Positions 61,817-64,000 of a DNA stretch of 64,000 nucleotides are shown here, one piece after another. The stretch comes from Macrostomum lignano (taxonomy: Eukaryota). Within the stretch, counting starts at the first letter, position 1. Each line of letters opens with the position of its first letter. The notes under the pieces were generated by a model that was not told where the DNA came from, made no database searches, and saw only the letters and a list, made by a program, of their open reading frames with translations. The stretch covers positions 1 through 64,000 of the forward strand of contig NIVC01000498.1 of NCBI GenBank assembly GCA_002269645.1, given 5' to 3'. Made by a program: the position numbers and the translations under genes.

Positions 61817-62390
61817 ATGGTAAAACGCGGTCCTTAAAGCGCTTTGCAGAAAAGTCGCGAGCCGAAACGGCGTCGCCAAGAAGAGACCCCTGAAGTAAGG
61901 GAGCAGCGACTGCAAAAAGAGCTGCTGAGACGCCGGCAGAGAGGGATGCTCGCCGCAGGTCGTCTGAGGCGCCGGCCGAGCGGGATGCGCGTCTTCCGGC
62001 TCAGAAAGAGAGCAACGACCGCCGCAGGTCGTCTGAGGCGCCGGCCGAGTGGGATGCTCGTCTTCAGGCTCAGAAAGAGAGCAACGACCGCCGCAGGTCG
62101 TCTGAGGCGCCGGCCGAGTGGGATGCTCGTCTTCAGGCTCAGAAAGAGGGCAACGACCGCCGCAGGTCGTCTGAGGCGCCGGCCGAGCGGAATGCTCGTC
62201 TTCAGGCTCAGAAAGAGGGCAACGACCGCCGCAGGTCGTCTGAGGCGCCGGCCGAGCGGAATGCTCGTCTTCCGGCTCAGAAAGATAGCAACGACCGCTG
62301 CAGGTCGTCTGAGGCGCCGGCCGAGCGGGATGCTCGTCTTCAGGCTCAGAAAGAGAGAAACGACCGCCGCAGGTCGTCTTAAGCGCCGGC
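61817..62390 (+). pseudogene. STPR-type 23-aa repeat ORF (Helitron N-terminal-like), 69-bp tandem units
   Basis: MVKRGP*SALQKSREPKRRRQEETPEVREQRL, then a frameshift into ~6 copies of SSEAPAERDARLQAQKE(S/R)NDRRR; unit starts at 61981 and 62050. Confidence 0.75.
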
Positions 62391-64000
62391 CTACCTTACC
62401 TTCGTGGCACTCCAACCCCTGTCAAGGAGATCATTGATTATCTGCAGGAGCATCACACCATCATGCCTCACTGCAAGATCCAGGTGGGAGTGCCGAAGGA
62501 GCGTGAGTTTAAGAAGGACAACGCTAAAATCTTCGTGAAACTACCATACGAGATGAGAGCCTATCAGACAGCCACAGAAGCCAACATTGCCCCAGGCATA
62601 TTTCCGTATATTAAAGGTCAAAGCATGACCATGAGCGAGAAAAAGCTATTGCAGACGCTTATCAAGATCACGTCTCCTTTCAAGATCACGAGAAGATAGC
62701 TCACGTGTTCATTAGTGTCGACTTCCGGACCTGGTGCCCCACTTTCCGGGAGTTCGACCAGCTGTTCGATCTGGACTTTGTGTACTACTACACGCATCTA
62801 TTCTCTCCAGACTCAGTATTTCTATTCCAAGACCGATTTCGTCCTCCTCCTGCCTCTGACCAGCCTGGGTCACCTCCCTGCCAAGGTGCCACGGCAAATC
62901 ACCTGTGCCAGCGCTGGTTCGAGGGCCTGCGCCAGAAGGGCTGGACGCTGATTACCACATGCCTCATCTCGCGCGCTGCATTCGACCACGGGACTAGCGC
63001 TTCACTTCTTGGGCAAGGAGACAATCAGGTGATTGTCCTCGCTATCCCGGAGGCCCACAGTGACACTCAGGAGAGTGCGGCAAGCTTTGCAGCAGGATTC
63101 ATCCAGAGGCTGGTGCGTGAAGCCACCATCATGGGTATGGAGGTGAAACCCGAGGAAACCTGGAGCTCGTCAGTGTTGAATGAGCATTCTAAAGGCTACC
63201 ATCTATACGGGTCTGATGTGTCGCGAGAGCTCAAGAAGGCAGCGCACCTCGGGTCAGAGACAAACGACGGGTTGGTCACCCTGTCGAATGAGATCTCCAG
63301 CATCTTCTCCGGGGCTCTACAGGTGGCTAGTGTGGATCCACACCCTGCACCCGCCTACCTGCTGAGTTGTATGCTCGCTAGCCAGGAGCTAGATACGTGC
63401 ACCAACCGCTTGACTGCTAACCAGCTCGCTGCCAGTCTTCTCGTGACACGGGAGCTTGGTGGCCTGCCGACACTTCCGTACTCGGCCTTCTGCTACCGAG
63501 GTGTGTCCGACCCTCTGACATTGGCCTTGTCAGTTGTTCAAACATCCGTCAGAGTCAATGACAGGGTCTTCAGTGAAATATCTAAGCTGGTGTTGTTGCA
63601 GCGTGGGCCAGGAGATTTGAAGATGTTGATCAAGGACCCTTATAGCCTGAACATTCGCGTCCCCATGTCGGCTGAGAACCAGATCCTAGCCCTCCTCAGA
63701 CGAGGCTTGCCGGAGATAGTAACTAATCTAGAGATCGCCAGCCTGTTTGGTAGCGAAGCTGATCAACGAGAGGCTGAGCTAGTCTCGGACCTTTCTGGGC
63801 TCAGCCCTATGAATCCAATTCTGGCGAACAACATCTACAGTCCACCCATCTACAGGACCGTCGTTGTTTTAAAGGCCAGTTCTATCAACCGTGCGTCGGT
63901 CAGCTTTACCTTCTCGTTGACAGCACGCCTCGCTCAAGCTGGAAGACGTGTCGAGTTGTCGCAAACCATCCAGACAATCAGGGAATCATTCGATACGTGA
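62391..64000 (+). other. Endogenous viral element: L protein (RdRp) fragment of a non-segmented negative-strand RNA virus (Mononegavirales/Jingchuvirales type)
   Basis: PKEREFK (pre-motif A), ISVDFRTWC (A), FEGLRQKGWTLIT (B), GQGDNQV (C), KPEETWSS (D), LIKDPYSLNI; one frameshift near 62690; no introns. Confidence 0.92.

Noticed and set aside
61834-62437. Arg-rich ORFs (GRRLRRPAAVV)n and (RLRRRPSGML)n
   Set aside because: Wrong-frame and antisense readings of the 69-bp unit; the third frame gives the STPR-like peptide.

Overview
Repeat-dense eukaryotic DNA with spliceosomal introns, probably an invertebrate animal; the species cannot be fixed from sequence alone. The centre (27.1-44.4 kb) is a decayed two-exon gene with a 42-bp CAG-rich coding minisatellite (QQQQQQQNQYQSAP in one frame). 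Four distinct Ingi/I-group-like LINEs (APE-RT-RNase H) have inserted into it, all on the minus strand. Two use the identical target site with the same 11-bp TSD. All three 5'-intact elements open in frame with the polyQ frame and carry a candidate processing signal upstream of the enzyme domains: a 2A peptide (LLLRAGDVESNPGP) in one and a ubiquitin C-terminus match (VLRLRGG) in the other two. HDV-like ribozyme folds sit at their 5' ends. Also present: an intact 4-exon Chk2-type FHA-only gene; a hAT-like element with a 5-bp TSD inside a THAP ORF; an internally deleted Gypsy; MULE, mariner, Gypsy and Helitron fragments; three RPA70-like OB-fold genes (one intact); a non-autonomous Helitron holding a 3.7-kb 24-bp satellite; and a negative-strand RNA virus L (RdRp) fragment joined to a Helitron-type STPR repeat. 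Family assignments rest on motif recognition by eye, not database searches.
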